From NCBI GenBank assembly GCA_030704615.1, contig CM060732.1, forward strand, positions 16,430,001 to 16,494,000: a stretch of 64,000 nt of DNA, read 5' to 3'. Under the pieces are notes generated by a model, which made no database searches, was not told the origin of the DNA, and saw nothing but the letters and a program-made list of their open reading frames with translations. Below, piece after piece: positions 10,690 through 23,700 of the stretch (positions are counted from its first letter, which is position 1; every line of letters starts with the position of its first letter). The stretch is from Takakia lepidozioides. Taxonomy: Eukaryota > Plantae > Bryophyta. Made by a program: the position numbers and the translations under genes.

Positions 10690-13280
10690 CATCCATTGAC
10701 AAACAGATGAATGTATTTCAAGATTTTGTTTTCATCCTCTTCTCCATCCGTTGTATGAATTTCACTTGTTTCTCCATCTGATCTCCATTTTCATCCATCA
10801 CTGACAATTTGAATGAAAAACATTGATCATCCTGCATCCATCCTTTTACCCTAAATTCTCGCTGCATTATCTTTATACTTAACCAATTTCGCTTTCCAGG
10901 TCCCGTTCCATGCCATCGTTCACTGCTTGTTGCTTTGCTCCCGCCATTGTTTTCTATCACTTGCTTTTGCCCTACAACAGGTTTTGGCCTATTGGGTGTC
11001 ATAGTCGTTGCCGACTATTGCAAGTGGGCAGTGACTACGGCCCGGACATTTAAAAACTTACTCTAGTTCATAGTCGGCAACGACTAGAGGGTGGGTCTGG
11101 GGTAGCCATGCAGTATAGTCTACAGCCACTTTCGGATAGGGCCCCGGTCGGAGGCTGGCTAACCCACAGTTGGGAGTCGTAGTCGCCACCGACTATGACA
11201 CTGGCTTTGGCCTATTGGGTGTCATAGTCGCTACCAACTATTGCATCTGGGAAGGGACTACGGCCCTGGCTTTTCATACATTCTTCCATGTCATTGCAAT
11301 CAGGCCCAATGTCCGTCCTCACGTCGACTTTTGGTGCATTGCAACAGGTACATAAACTTTTATTTGCACGCCAACAAACATATCAGGTGTATGCCAGCCA
11401 GTGTCATACAGTGGGCTAACCTCCGGTCAGACTGCACAATGTACAACGGCAGGCAGTTAGGCGAGTATGTGAAAGTCATGCATCTGCCCTGCTACTGGTG
11501 GCTGGACTTGCCACCCGATGTCATTCCTGATGAAGAAGTGGATTTGTACAAGAAGTACACCAAGAACGAGCTGCCAGCACCCACTCACATGGAACCATTG
11601 ACGGAGGAAGGTGCTGAGGAGGCTACAGTCGTTGTTGCCGGATACCTTGAACAAGCCAATACAGCTCTGGAAGAAGCGGTGGCCAAGAAGAAACCTAGAA
11701 AAAAGAAATAGAAACAGAAGAAGACAGCCACCACAGGGCAGGAACCCCCCCCCCCGGCACAAGGCCTGCAGGCAACACAGGTGTGGAGGGTGTGGATGAG
11801 ACAGATGGTGCTCACAGGGAAGACAACCAACTGGCGTTTACAGACGCCCTACACAACTTCCAGATTAAGCGAAGGAATCGATCTTCTAGAAACCCTGCAT
11901 GGGCAAACACAAGTGACGGGAGGGGCATGCAGTTGACAACCCTTGCTGCTTTACGAGGCTATCTCTTTGCGAGAAGGGGTACCAAATACAAACGTAGCAT
12001 GCCTCAAGTGCAATTGGTTCCAGCTTGTCATCCACAGGCTGACATCCAAAGGAACAACGAGTAAGTGGCCAGAGCCGAGGGGAGATATCGATGCGTTTCT
12101 GGAGAGGCACTGCTTCTCCGAGCCTTTGCGTAGGGGTGACACAGTCTCTAGAGCGGGGGCAGACCTTGTTATGGTGGATCTCCCTGATGGACAGTCTATG
12201 AGAGGATGTGGCAGAGATGACATTGTACCCGCTTGGAATGCAAAGACAAAGGATACCGCCCCGCATGCACTGGCACTGGCAGCATCCTTGCTCAAGGACG
12301 ACGGCTGCCTTGTTATTTTCTGCAAGGGTGATGTTAAGACAGAGGTTGAAATTTGGAGATGTATGGGCCCAGCGGGGCCCTTCAAAGTTATCAAGAGAAA
12401 GTGGACTTGCCTCAATCGGCTACACTACAACAGATCCCGGCTTTAACGTCTGCCACATTTGCCCAGTCGTAGCATATATGTCTACAAAATGCAAGGGGGC
12501 AGTCCTGGTTGCCAATTGTGACCACCAGAAGTCATATATGCCACCTTGCACCTCCACCACGTCAGGATCTGCGGTCAAACACGTTTGACCAGATCGGGAA
12601 AGATGGTAGATACGACTAGGAGTCATGGCCAAAACTGCAACATGATGACGTGGGCATGGGAATGTATGACTGCCAGTATTCACGACTACACGTGGCGATT
12701 GCCGGTTGCCCAAGGAGTGTCTACGTGGATGATGCAAACATAAATGGATGAAACAGATGCAGGATGTGATTGCAAATGACGACGTGTCAACATATAATTG
12801 CTCGCGGGCACTAAGCCACAAGCTGTGAATGAAGGAATGAATGAATGATTAGGATGAATTAGGATGAATGAACTAGGATGATGTGCTCAAATTTAGGGTT
12901 GCTAGGTCGCAGTGTTAAGTATGAGGATAATAAGTAGTAAAAATATTTAACTACTGTTTCACTGACCCAACAGATTAACAGTAAACTAATCGACTGCTGG
13001 TTAAGGTTAGTGAAACAAAACAACTGTATTATCTCAACGAATGATACACAAACGTCTTGCTGGCAACTATTGGATGAACGTAGGAATGAATGATAATGCA
13101 AACGTTGAGCTGGCAGCTATTGGATGAACTGACAGTGAAACTCATTTAAAGATTTATTTTGAGAATGGATGAATTAAAATAAAATGGCCAAAAAATGAAA
13201 AAACAAATGAATGGATGGATGTATTGATGGAAAACCCAAAATCCATCCATCTATCGCTATATTCATCCATCCAGTCATGA
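10690..13280 (+). mobile_element. Degenerate DNA-transposon-like segment
   Basis: CATCC-rich left end and GGATG(AA)-rich right end; short palindromic repeats (ATAGTCGnnnnCGACTAT) at 11001-11241; fragmented plus-strand ORFs. No clean TIR or TSD found. Confidence 0.4.
11943..12446 (+). pseudogene. Degenerate DNA N4-C/N6-A methyltransferase-like domain
   Basis: ADLVMVDLPDG resembles the xDLIxTDPPY catalytic motif; VPAWN; LAASLLKDDGCLVIF resembles the RVLKPGGxLxIF segment. Confidence 0.45.
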
Positions 13281-13333
13281 GTAGAGGGGACTTGGCGTTT
13301 TTTTGTCTCCCCTACCATCTGTTTTCTTTCTTT

Positions 13334-13487
13334 GTGTCGAGTTTGATCGTGAGAGACGACAAACAGGACGGAGCTGTGTTTGCTTTTTAATAGTGTCGAG
13401 TCTGATCATGAGAGACGTCGAACAGGGCGGAGCTATGTTTGTTTTGTTTTAGTGTCCATTCTGATCATGAGAGACGACGAACGGAGC
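13334..13487. repeat. ~59-bp tandem repeat, about 2.7 copies
   Basis: GTGTCGAGTyTGATCrTGAGAGACGwCrAACAGG units start at 13334, 13393 and 13452. Confidence 0.85.
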
Positions 13488-13509
13488 GTTGGGGGGGCAG
13501 ACAGGGACT

Positions 13510-13583
13510 CAAACCCTAGAATTGGGGCATGAAGATGTGGTGCACGATGTGGCCATCGACTACTATGGGAAGCAGTTGGCCAC
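13510..13583 (+). pseudogene. SEC13: SEC13-like N-terminal WD40 fragment
   Basis: QTLELGHEDVVHDVAIDYYGKQLAT matches the conserved SEC13 start (..ETGHEDxVHDVxMDYYGKRxAT); similarity stops after it. Confidence 0.8.
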
Positions 13584-13915
13584 CTTCACGATGGACAACT
13601 GCAATCGCAAGGTGTGGCTCTCAATGTACGATGTGAAGAAGTTTGTTCATCCTGCAAATGTGGGCTCTTGGCGACTGTTAGTACCATGATTTGGTATTCT
13701 TCCTGCTGTTTACAAGGTTCTTCAGAGAGTCAGCTTGGTCTTAGCAGGTCGTGTTTCAATCTCTTCTCGCTCAGCTGCACTGTGGTGGTTCTCATGGACC
13801 AATCTGACATTAACCGGACTACAAACACAAGCAACACACATAAGAGGTCCTTTTGGGTTCATGGTCAGTCAAATCCTCCATGGGTCATGACACAAGGTCG
13901 AGAACAATGTGGTGA

Positions 13916-14671
13916 GGTTTCATGTTACTTAGACCAAGCTTCTGCCTTAATTGGTTTGTCATAATATTCACTCATGAGCCTCCATCTATCAGTACATCAG
14001 TCAACTCTGTGCTTCCAATTCTCAATTGGATTACTGGCATAGAATCATCAAAGTCCATGACTGTTTCTCGCCCTTCAGGCTTCACATTATAACTGGTCAC
14101 CTTACTGTTCAGGTCTGTGTTCTCTGTCACATAAGCAATCTGATTGGTTGCTTGATACAGGCTGTGTCTACAATGGGGTGCCACAGCCAATAGCTGCCCA
14201 ATTGTGATCTCAGCTTTGGTCTGGCATATTACTTCAGCCAAAGTCCCTTCATTATCCCGCATTTGTGAAGCCTCTTGCTTCACTTTCCTTTCACCTTCTT
14301 CATCTTCTCTTTCAGAGTCAGAAGAATCTGCCAGAGGGATATCAGTATCCTTCTGCATTTCTCTTATGGTATGGTATCAGCCACTTCCTTGTGCAGTTCC
14401 TTCTCTCATCCTCCAAGCCTCATCATCTTCAAGCACATCACTGCCATCTTCATTAACATCTTCTTCCTCGTCCACTGAAGGTATTAGCTTAGCTTTGCTT
14501 TTGGTAACTATCGTTGTACTTACTTCTGGTAAAAAACATGGCCTACCTATGTGAGCTGCCACCACTGGGCCTTCATTCACATGAGCTCTCATTTCATTTT
14601 GTTGTCTGATCCAGAATGGACATGCTGCTTTGCGATGACTTGCCTGGTTACAATAGTAACACAGTTCTTCA
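13916..14671 (-). repeat. Inverted, diverged copy of the Ty3 gag-end/protease-start segment at 15798-16524
   Basis: Its reverse complement aligns with 15798-16524; shared peptides CYYCNQAxHRKAACPFW, ITIGQLLAVAPHCRH, VLIDGGS. Confidence 0.9.
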
Positions 14672-15756
14672 TAGCAGGTCCTCAAGGGCCAGCACCAGGA
14701 GGACCAGCACCTGTAGCAGGGCAGGGAGTAGGGCCACAGATGGCGGCAGTAGCCCCAACTCGAGCGAAACCACCTTTCCCAATCTATGGAGGAAAAGGGA
14801 ATCCAGATGTACATGTCAATCAGTTTGAGAAAATGTGCATAGTGAACAATGAGAATGATGATGATTCAAAGTTAAGATTATTCCCTTGTTCACTTATCAA
14901 GAGAGCAAGTGAGTGGTATGCTCGATTTCTTGATGACCATTTCCAAACCTGGGATGACCTTAGCACAACATTCCGGAATAGATTCAGGACAAGCAAAACT
15001 GAGGACGAAGTGTACAGTAGCCTACAACAGTTGAGACAGAAGAAGCATGAAACTGTTGAGGAATACATGGAGAAGACGGAGTTAATGATAAGAAAGCTGG
15101 CTGCTATACCAACAGCAGGATTACAGAAAACTTGGTTTGTGAGTGGACTAAGACCAGAATTACAAAAGAAAGTGGATATGCTACCCCATCATATAGTGGA
15201 GGAAGCATTCGAAACAGCCAACAGAATTGAGCAATTAGGAATGCTCAGGAAGGATAAGAGGGATGATGATGACTCTGAAGATGAATCAGATGAGGAAGAA
15301 GAGCAAGAGCTCAAGAGGAAGAACAAGAGAAAAGAAAAGTTGAAGAAGGACAACTATGAAAAAAGATTGGAAGAAATCTTGAAGAAATATGCAACAGAGG
15401 CTGCAACCCATTGGAGGAAGGGAGCCTGGTGTTCAAAATGCCAAAATGAAGGCCATACCACAGTTGAGTGCCATATGAAAGAGAAGCATTGTGCCATCTG
15501 TAAGATGGATAACCATTCCAATGAGAATTGTTATTACAACAGGAAAACAACTACAAGGGAACCTAGGCAAGTAAGGGTGCATCAAGTGCAGCCCCAGCCA
15601 AGAAGAAACAATGATCAGGACCACTATGGTAGGCCTGGTGGATATAATAATGGTATGGCAGGAAGAGGTAATCCAAGAGGGAATTACCAAGGCAATCCCG
15701 GAGGCAACTACCAGGGTAATCCAAGGGGGAATTACCAGCCAGGGAATCAGGATTAA
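14672..15756 (+). pseudogene. Ty3 gag with zinc knuckles and GNPxGNYQ repeats
   Basis: YGGKGNPDVHV, LFPCSL, ASEWY, WFVSGLRPE, CSKCQNEGHTTVEC, CAICKMDNHSNENC. Confidence 0.88.
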
Positions 15757-16390
15757 AGAAATAATCCCAGAATAGACCAAGGGCGAGGACCCAATGGTGA
15801 AGAACTGTGTTACTATTGTAACCAGGCAGGACATCGCAAGGCAGCCTGTCCATTCTGGATCAGACACCAGAATGAGATGAGAACTCCTATGAATGAGGGC
15901 CCGGTAAGGCAGCTCACATGGTTATGCCATGTTTTGTACCAGAAGTAAGTACAATGATAGTTACAAGAAGCAAGGCTAAACTGCTACCTCCAGTGGATGA
16001 GGGGGAAGATGTGAGTGAAGATGGTAGTGATGTGCCTGAAGATGATGAGGCATGGAGAGATGAAAAAGAACTGCACAAGGAGGTGGCAGAAGCTACAAGG
16101 GAAATGCAGAAGGAGACAGATATCCCTATAGCAGAGTCAACGAACTCAGAAGAAGAAAATGAATGAGATGAAGATGAAGAGAAGCAAGATGCTTCACAGG
16201 TTCAAGATAATGAAGGGGATTTGGCTGAAGTAATATGCCAGTCCAAAGCTGAAATTACAATTGGGCAGCTATTGGCTGTGGCACCCCATTGTAGACACAG
16301 GCTGTATCAAGCAATCAATCAGATTGCTCAGGTGACAGAGAATACAGACCTGAACGGCAAGGTGACAAGTTATAATGTGAAGCCTGAAGG

Positions 16391-18930
16391 GTGAGAAACA
16401 GTCCAGTAATCCAATTGAGAATTGGAAGTACAAACCTGACTGATGTACTGATAGATGGAGGCTCAGGTGTGAATACCATGACAGATCAATTAAGGCAGAA
16501 GCTTGGTTTGAGTAACATGAAACCAGCCCCATTCACAGTAACAATGGCAGATCAAAGGAGTGTACAACAATTGGGTTTGATAAGAGGAGTAAGAATACAG
16601 ATTCAGAAGTTGGTCTTTAAGATCACTGTGACTGTATTGAAAATGGATGATGTCATGGAAGCTTATTCCTTACTGTTAGGACGACCATGGCTGAAACAGG
16701 CCAAGGTATTCCATGACTGGAATACTCAGATTCTAGCTGTGCGCAAAAGATAAGCACAAGATACAGATTTCAACTAAGAAATCGGGTAGACTACCTGCTA
16801 TCAGAAGACCTCGTGGAGTCAGAGAATATGACTGGAGGGGATGACTTGATGAAGAGCAGGAGGCTACTCTGTCTTCTGCACACCCAGAGTGGGAGCAGGT
16901 TGCAGAAATGCAACTTGGAGGACTAAGTTGTTTTAAGGGTATATGTTGTGGTACAGTAACAGCAACATCAATTGAGGGGGAAACAAACAGTTACCCACCA
17001 CATTTCTATGAAGAAAGAGAGGGAGAAATAGAAATCATAGAGGAACCAACCACTGTGAGTTTGCAGGATGAAGTAGTGGCTGGATGGACTATCACAGTTG
17101 AAGAGCAGGTGAGAGAAGTCAATGTGGGAACCGAGGAGGAACCAAGAATGGTGAAAGTTGGGGCTGACTTGGAGCCAGAATTTCTTTGAGGAAGCTAAGA
17201 GCCTATTTATCAAAGACAAAGATGTATTTTCCTGGAGTTATAAAGATCTGAAGGGGATACCCCCTGAAATATGCCAACACAAGATTGAGTTGGAACCAGG
17301 TTCTGTACCAATCAAACAGGCAAGATACAGGATGAATCTCAACTATGCACAGAAGGTTGGAGAGGAGATAAAGAAGCTGGCTGAGGCTAGGTTTATATAC
17401 CCGATAGAGTACACAACTTGGCTATTACCCATCGTGATAGTTCCCAAGAAGAATGGCAAACTGAGAGTTTGTGTGAACTATAAGAAGTTGAATGATTGTA
17501 CAAAGAAAGATCCATTTCCTTTGTCATTCACAAAAGTTGTGCTAGACACTGTGGCAGGCCATGAGATGTACTCATTCATGGATGGCTTCAGTGGGTATAA
17601 CCAAGTACAAGTAGCAAGAGGATCAGAGAAATACAGCTTTCATTACTGACTGGGGTGCTTATGCATACAAAGTCATGCCTTTTGGACTTTGTAATGCACT
17701 AGCAACTTTCCAGAGAGTGATAAGTGAATCTTTCCATGAGTACTTGGATGATTTCATGCAAGTGTTCTTAGATGACTTCAGTTATAGCTCTAAGAATGAG
17801 CACTTGCAGAAGTTGGAGTTATGTTTGGCCAGATGCAGGATGAGAGGTCTTGGGCTGATCCAGAAAAATGTACTTTCTGTGTGAACTCAGGAGTTCTTTT
17901 GGGACAAATTGTGTATCAAAAAGGGCTGCTTGTAGATCCTAGAAAGACAGAGGCTATTAAAGCCTCACCAGATCACCAAGTAATGTTAAGGCTTTAAGGA
18001 GGTTCCTTGGCCAAACCAGTTATTACAAAAGGTTTGTCAAACGATATGCACAGAAGGCAGCACCATTGAGCAAGCTCTTGAAGAAGGATGCAGTGTTTGC
18101 ATGGACAACTGAATGTCGCCTCAGGAGAAGCCGTGGGGGCTGTGTTAGCCCAAACTATCACATGAAACATAGATTCACCTGTGTACTATGCTAGCAGACT
18201 GCTGAACAGTGCTGAAAGAAACTATAGCACCACCGAAAGAGAAGCTTTGGCAATGATTTATTCAATCAAGAAGTTCAGGCATTATTTGTTGAGAAGGAAG
18301 TTTATGTTTTATGTGGATCATCAGGCTCTGATTTATTTGGTGAACAAGCCTTTGATAAGTGGAAGGATAGCAAGATGGTTGATTATACTACATGAGTTTG
18401 AATTCGAAGTTGTTTACAAACCTGGACGTTTGCATCTTGTGGCAGATCACTTGTCACGCCTTTCAACAGGAGAGCCCGCCACAGGAGTAGACGATCATCT
18501 GCCTGATGTAGGTTTATTTGCAGTGGAAGTGCAGGGAGCAGATGATTGGTTAGATTGGCAGTGGCCAATCAGATACTACCTTACTCATGGACAGTGCCCA
18601 CCCAGTTATGGGAAGGATCAGAGGAAAAGAATAGCTATCAAGGCATTACCATACACTATGATAGGATGAAGATTATATAAGCTAGGACCTGATGGAGTTC
18701 TTAAAAGATGCTTGTACCACCATGAGGTAAATAAAGTTTTGGAAGAAGTTCATAAAGGAGTGGCTGGAGGCCATTTTGGAGAAGAGACTACCAGTAGGAA
18801 AATATTACTACTTGCAGGTTACTGGTGGCCTACTTTTTTAAAGATGTACACAAGTATTGTAAGAGTTGTGATGAGTGCTAGAGGCTAGGACCTTTGCAAA
18901 GATCTGGGAAGATGGCTTTGCATCCTACAA
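16391..18930 (+). pseudogene. Ty3 pol (protease-RT-RNase H-integrase N-terminus), many stops and frameshifts
   Basis: Motif-bearing ORFs 16391-16753, 17158-17649, 17675-17884 and 18181-18669. Confidence 0.9.
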
Positions 18931-20720
18931 TGTGTCGCGCACCTCACTTCAGTAAGCTCTCCCCTCAAGTCATAGTTACTCGCTTGATCCGCGCGCCTAA
19001 CTCCCAACCTGGCCGCCGGGCCAACTTGGAGCTCCGGCTGCTCACCGGGGCATAACGGTCCCCCCTTTGATCTCCCAAAGAATCCTCCAACGATTTAGAA
19101 CCAGCGGAATTCCCTTTGGTAGTTGGCAGTCCGGAACAGCTCCCCACTCTTTGGTCGCTTTTCGGCTCGCTCGCTCACCACTAGATTTTGGTCACCAATG
19201 AGCTTGCACCGGTTCTCACTACTCTCCCTATATATACTTTTGTAGCTGTCCGCGGGGGTTTTCACAAACAACATGCCATTTTATGGCAACCACCACGAAC
19301 ACCCTCGACTCCCGGTGATGAGTCGCGGTGAGTCTTGGCCCACCCACCACGGCCCCTATGGACCGTGATGAGTCCCAAGACTCCCCACGACTCCCACCAC
19401 GAGGTCTCCGCCCCAGGGTGAGTCCTTGCCACCCCCACTAAGTCCCGCCAAGCTACCACCACCCCTTGTGGAGCCACCCCCACCGCAACCCCGTGTGCGG
19501 GGCTCCACCTAGTGAGCGCCTCCGCCTCCTTGAGTGCCTTGGGCACTCAAGGGTGCTTCAACCCCCCATACCTATCGCTGCCACTGCCCCCACCATAGGG
19601 GCAGCCCCTCTTGTGTCCCGACCCCCCTGCCCTCAAGGCAAAAGGCCGCGACACACACCCCTACCAACAGGGAGTCGATGTCCTCATCGGCATATCCATT
19701 TTGTGGAAACGAATATTTAAGTTGTGGCGTCAAGGAGTTTGTTTCCGTACCATGGCGTCCCATGGCAAAGAACCAAACCCCACACTTGACTCTACTCTCC
19801 ACTACTAGTTCGTTTTCCGACTTCCTCCAAGTCCCGACCCAGGGTGGAGCCTCTCAAGCTCCTCCCAGTGCACTCTTCTTGGCCTACTTCAAGGCCAAGG
19901 AACGATCCTCCCCGAGGATCAAATCGCCTTACTGCAACAACATTGCTTGCGACCGCTCATGATGCCGCTTTTGGCATCACCTTGAGCAAGGGTTCACCTC
20001 GAACCCTCTTTGACTAGGAAGATAACCTTGAACCAACCGCGCGCCCCAATCACTACAATTGGGTCCGCCTTGGAATGCTGGCCTGAGGTACGGGAACACG
20101 CCGAAGCCGCACTACGACTTCGTCCCGAGGCTACACGATTATAGTACGTGAACGGAAGCACGTAGCTTCCGCGTTAGCCCGCACTACAAAGCAACCCCCT
20201 CGGTAGCGCAATTATAGTACGCGCACGCGCCAGGTGCGCACTAGCACGTGAACTCCTAAAGAAGGCGCAAGTTTCCTTGCCCCTTGGATGGGAGTCACCC
20301 AATTTTGGCACTGCGCAAACACACGATTAACCCAATTTACCTCTCCCACTTTTGTAAGCTAGCATGCATTCTACACACTAGCCAACCACCATGCATCACC
20401 ATTCCAAACAAAATAAGAAGCACAACATTTGGAACCCATTTCCTTTATAACATATTTTTGTACAATACAAATTTTTGCAATCGGATTCCTAAGCTAGCTA
20501 AGCCGGGCTAAGCATGCATTTCCTCCCCCACGCTCCAAGGTTGATGTCCCCATCAACGCTTCTTCCGCTTTTGAGGTCGCCCTTCGAAAACTGCAACTGC
20601 AACCGCCTCGGATGCGTTTCCCATTTCTGAGGCACGCACCCAGATGCCTCCACATGATGATAGCCCTTCCATTTGACAAGATACTCCGTTTCTCGGTTCT
20701 TGAACCTACTTGACTTAAGT

Positions 20721-23700
20721 TGTCGCGCACCTCACTTCGGTAAGCTCCCCTTCAGGTCATAGTAGCTAGCTTGATGCGCGCGCCTACTCCCAACCTGGCC
20801 GCCGGACCAACTTGGAGCTTCGGCTGCTCACCGGGGCATAACGGTCCCCCTTTGCTCCCAAAGACCCTCCACCTATTGGAACTAGGGAATTCCCTTTGGT
20901 AGTTGGCAGTCCGGAACAGCTCCCCACTCTTTGGTCGCTTTCCGGCTCGCTCGCTTACTCACTAGTTTTTGGTCACCAACGGGCTTGCACCGTTCTCGGG
21001 GTTACTACTCCCTTATATATACTTCTGTAGCTGTCCGCGGGGGTTTCACAACCAGCCATGCCATTTTATGGCGAACCACCACGACTCGACTCCCGGTGAT
21101 GAGTCGCGGTGAGTCTTGGCCCACTCACCACGGCCCCTATGGACCGTGATGAGTCCCAAGACTCCCACCCGAGGTCTCCGCCCCATGGTGAGTCCTATGC
21201 CACCCCCACTAAGTCCCGCTAAGCTACCACCACCCCTTTGTGGAGCCACCCCCACCGCAACCCGGTGTGCGGGGCTCCACCTAGTGAGCGCCTCCGCCTC
21301 CTTGAGTGCCTTGGGCACTCAAGGGTGCTTCAGCCCCCCATACCTATCGCTGCCGCTGCCCCCACCACAGGGGCAGCCCCTCATGTGTCGACCCCCTGCC
21401 CTCAAGGCAAAGGGCCGCGACACACACCCCTACCAACAGGGAGTCGATGTCCTCATCGACTTGTCCCATTTTGTAGAAACGAACATCCAAGTTGTGGCGT
21501 CCCACATCAAGGAGTTTGTTTCCGTACCATGGCGTCCCATGGCAAAGAACCAAACCCCACACTTGACTCTACTCTCCACTAGCTAGTTCGGCCCGACTTC
21601 CTCCAAGTCCCGGCCAAGGGTGGAGCCTCTCAAGCTCCTCCCAGTGCACTCTTCTTGGCCTACTTCAAGGCCAAGGAACGATCCTCCCCGAGGATCGAAT
21701 CGCCTTACTGCAACAACATTGCTTGCGATCGCTCATGATGCCGCTTTTGGCATCACCTTGAGCAAGGGTTCACCTGAACTTTGACTAGGAAGATAACCTT
21801 GAACCAACCGTGCGCCCCAATCACTACAATTGGGTCCGCTTGGAATGCTGGCCTGAGGTACGGGAACACGCGAAGCCGCACTACGACTTCGTCCCGAGGC
21901 TACACGATTATAGTACGTGAACGGAAGCACGTAGCTTCCGCGTTAGCCCGCACTACAAGGCAACCCCTCGGTAGCGCAGTTATAGTACGCGCACGCGCCA
22001 GGTGCGCACTAGCACGTGAACTCCCAAAGAAGGCGCAAGTTTCCTTGCCCCTTGGATGGGAGTCACCCGATTTCGGCACTGCGCAAACACACGATTAACC
22101 CAATTTACCTCTCCCACTTTTGTAAGCTAGCATGCATTCTACACACTAGCCAACCACACCATGCATCACACCATTCCAAACAAATAGGACGCACAACATT
22201 TGGAACCCATTTCCTTTATAACAAATTTTTGTACAATACAAGTTTTTGCAATCGGATTCCTGCTAGCTAAGCCGGGCTAAGCATGCATTTCCTCCCCCAC
22301 GCTCCAAGGTTGATGTCCCATCAACGCTTCTTCCGCTTTTGAGGTCGCCCTTCGAAACTGCAACCGCCTCGGATGCGTTTCCCATTTCTGAGGCACGCAC
22401 CCAAGATGCCTCCACATGATGATAGCCCTTCCATTTGACGAGATACTCCGTTTCTCGGTTCTTGAACCTCCTCGACTTAAGTATTGCCTCCACCTCGTAC
22501 TCAGGTTCATTTTCATGATCCAACAGCATAGGTGGCGGACGCAACACTTGATGCCGATTCGGACGCGCTTCATCTTTGAAGTAAGGCTTCAAAAGGGAGA
22601 CGTGGAATACTGGATGCACCTTGCTGTTTGCCGGCAGCTCCAATTCATACACATCCTCATTCATAACCTTCCGATGCGAAAGGGTCCCGCATACGGAGGT
22701 ACGAACTTTGGACTCACTTCCGGAGGTAGTCGGAAATTCTTGATGTTCAACCAGACCTCCGTGCCTGCCTCAAACTTCACTTCCTTCCCTCCGCTTCCGA
22801 TTCGCCTGCCTTTCATACCGTTTCCTAGCTTTGGCAATGTTGTACTTTGCGAGCTTCAACAAACGCTCGCGTTCTTCCAGTACCGCCGCTACTGCCGGTT
22901 CCTCAACGTCCTGGGCGGCCCAACTTGTCGGCACCAGAGGTGCTTTTCCATAGACCAATACGAAAGGGGAAACTCCCGTTGCGGAGTGTTCTGTGTTATT
23001 ATAACAGAACTCTGCCGCGTCTAAGTGTTCCACCCAGTCTGATTGGTCTGCCGACACGTAATTCCGCAAGATCTGCTTCACTACGGAATTCACTCTTTTC
23101 CGTTTGGCCGTCGTCGTAGGTCGGAAGGCGGTGCTCATCTTCAGCCTCGTCCCCCATCTTCTTCCAAAGTGCCTCCAAAATTTACTCGTAAACTTTGGAT
23201 CGCGGTCCGAGACAATATCCTTCGGGACTCCATGATGCTTTAAGACGTGGGCGAAGTAAAGTCGCCCTGTCTCCGCCGTTGCCGTCTCCTTGGTGGGGAT
23301 GAAATGGCCCATTTTACTGAACCTATCCACCACCACCATGATTGCATCGAATCCTTTTGACAGCGGCATAGCAGTCATGAAATCCATCGAGACGCTTTCC
23401 CAAGTCCCCTCTGGAATCGGCAAGGGTTGTAACAGCCCCGCTTGCTTTTTGTACTCGCTCCGGTTTTTGTTGGCATGTGGTGCATGTCTTGACATACTCC
23501 TCTGCCTCCTCCCTCAGTTTGGGCCAGAAATACTCTTTCTTCAAGAGTGCCGCAGTGCGCTTGGCTCCGCCGTGGCCCGCAAGCGGGCTATCATGGCATT
23601 CTCTCAAGAGACTATCTCTGATCCCTCCCTTCGGCACGTAGAGACGTTTTTTGCTTATACCGGAGCAGTCCATTTTGCAAGTGGAACTGCGATTTAACCC

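Noticed and set aside
18965-22270. Many short ORFs in the chromovirus LTRs and 3' UTR
   Set aside because: They recur only because the LTRs repeat; frames are not conserved between copies.
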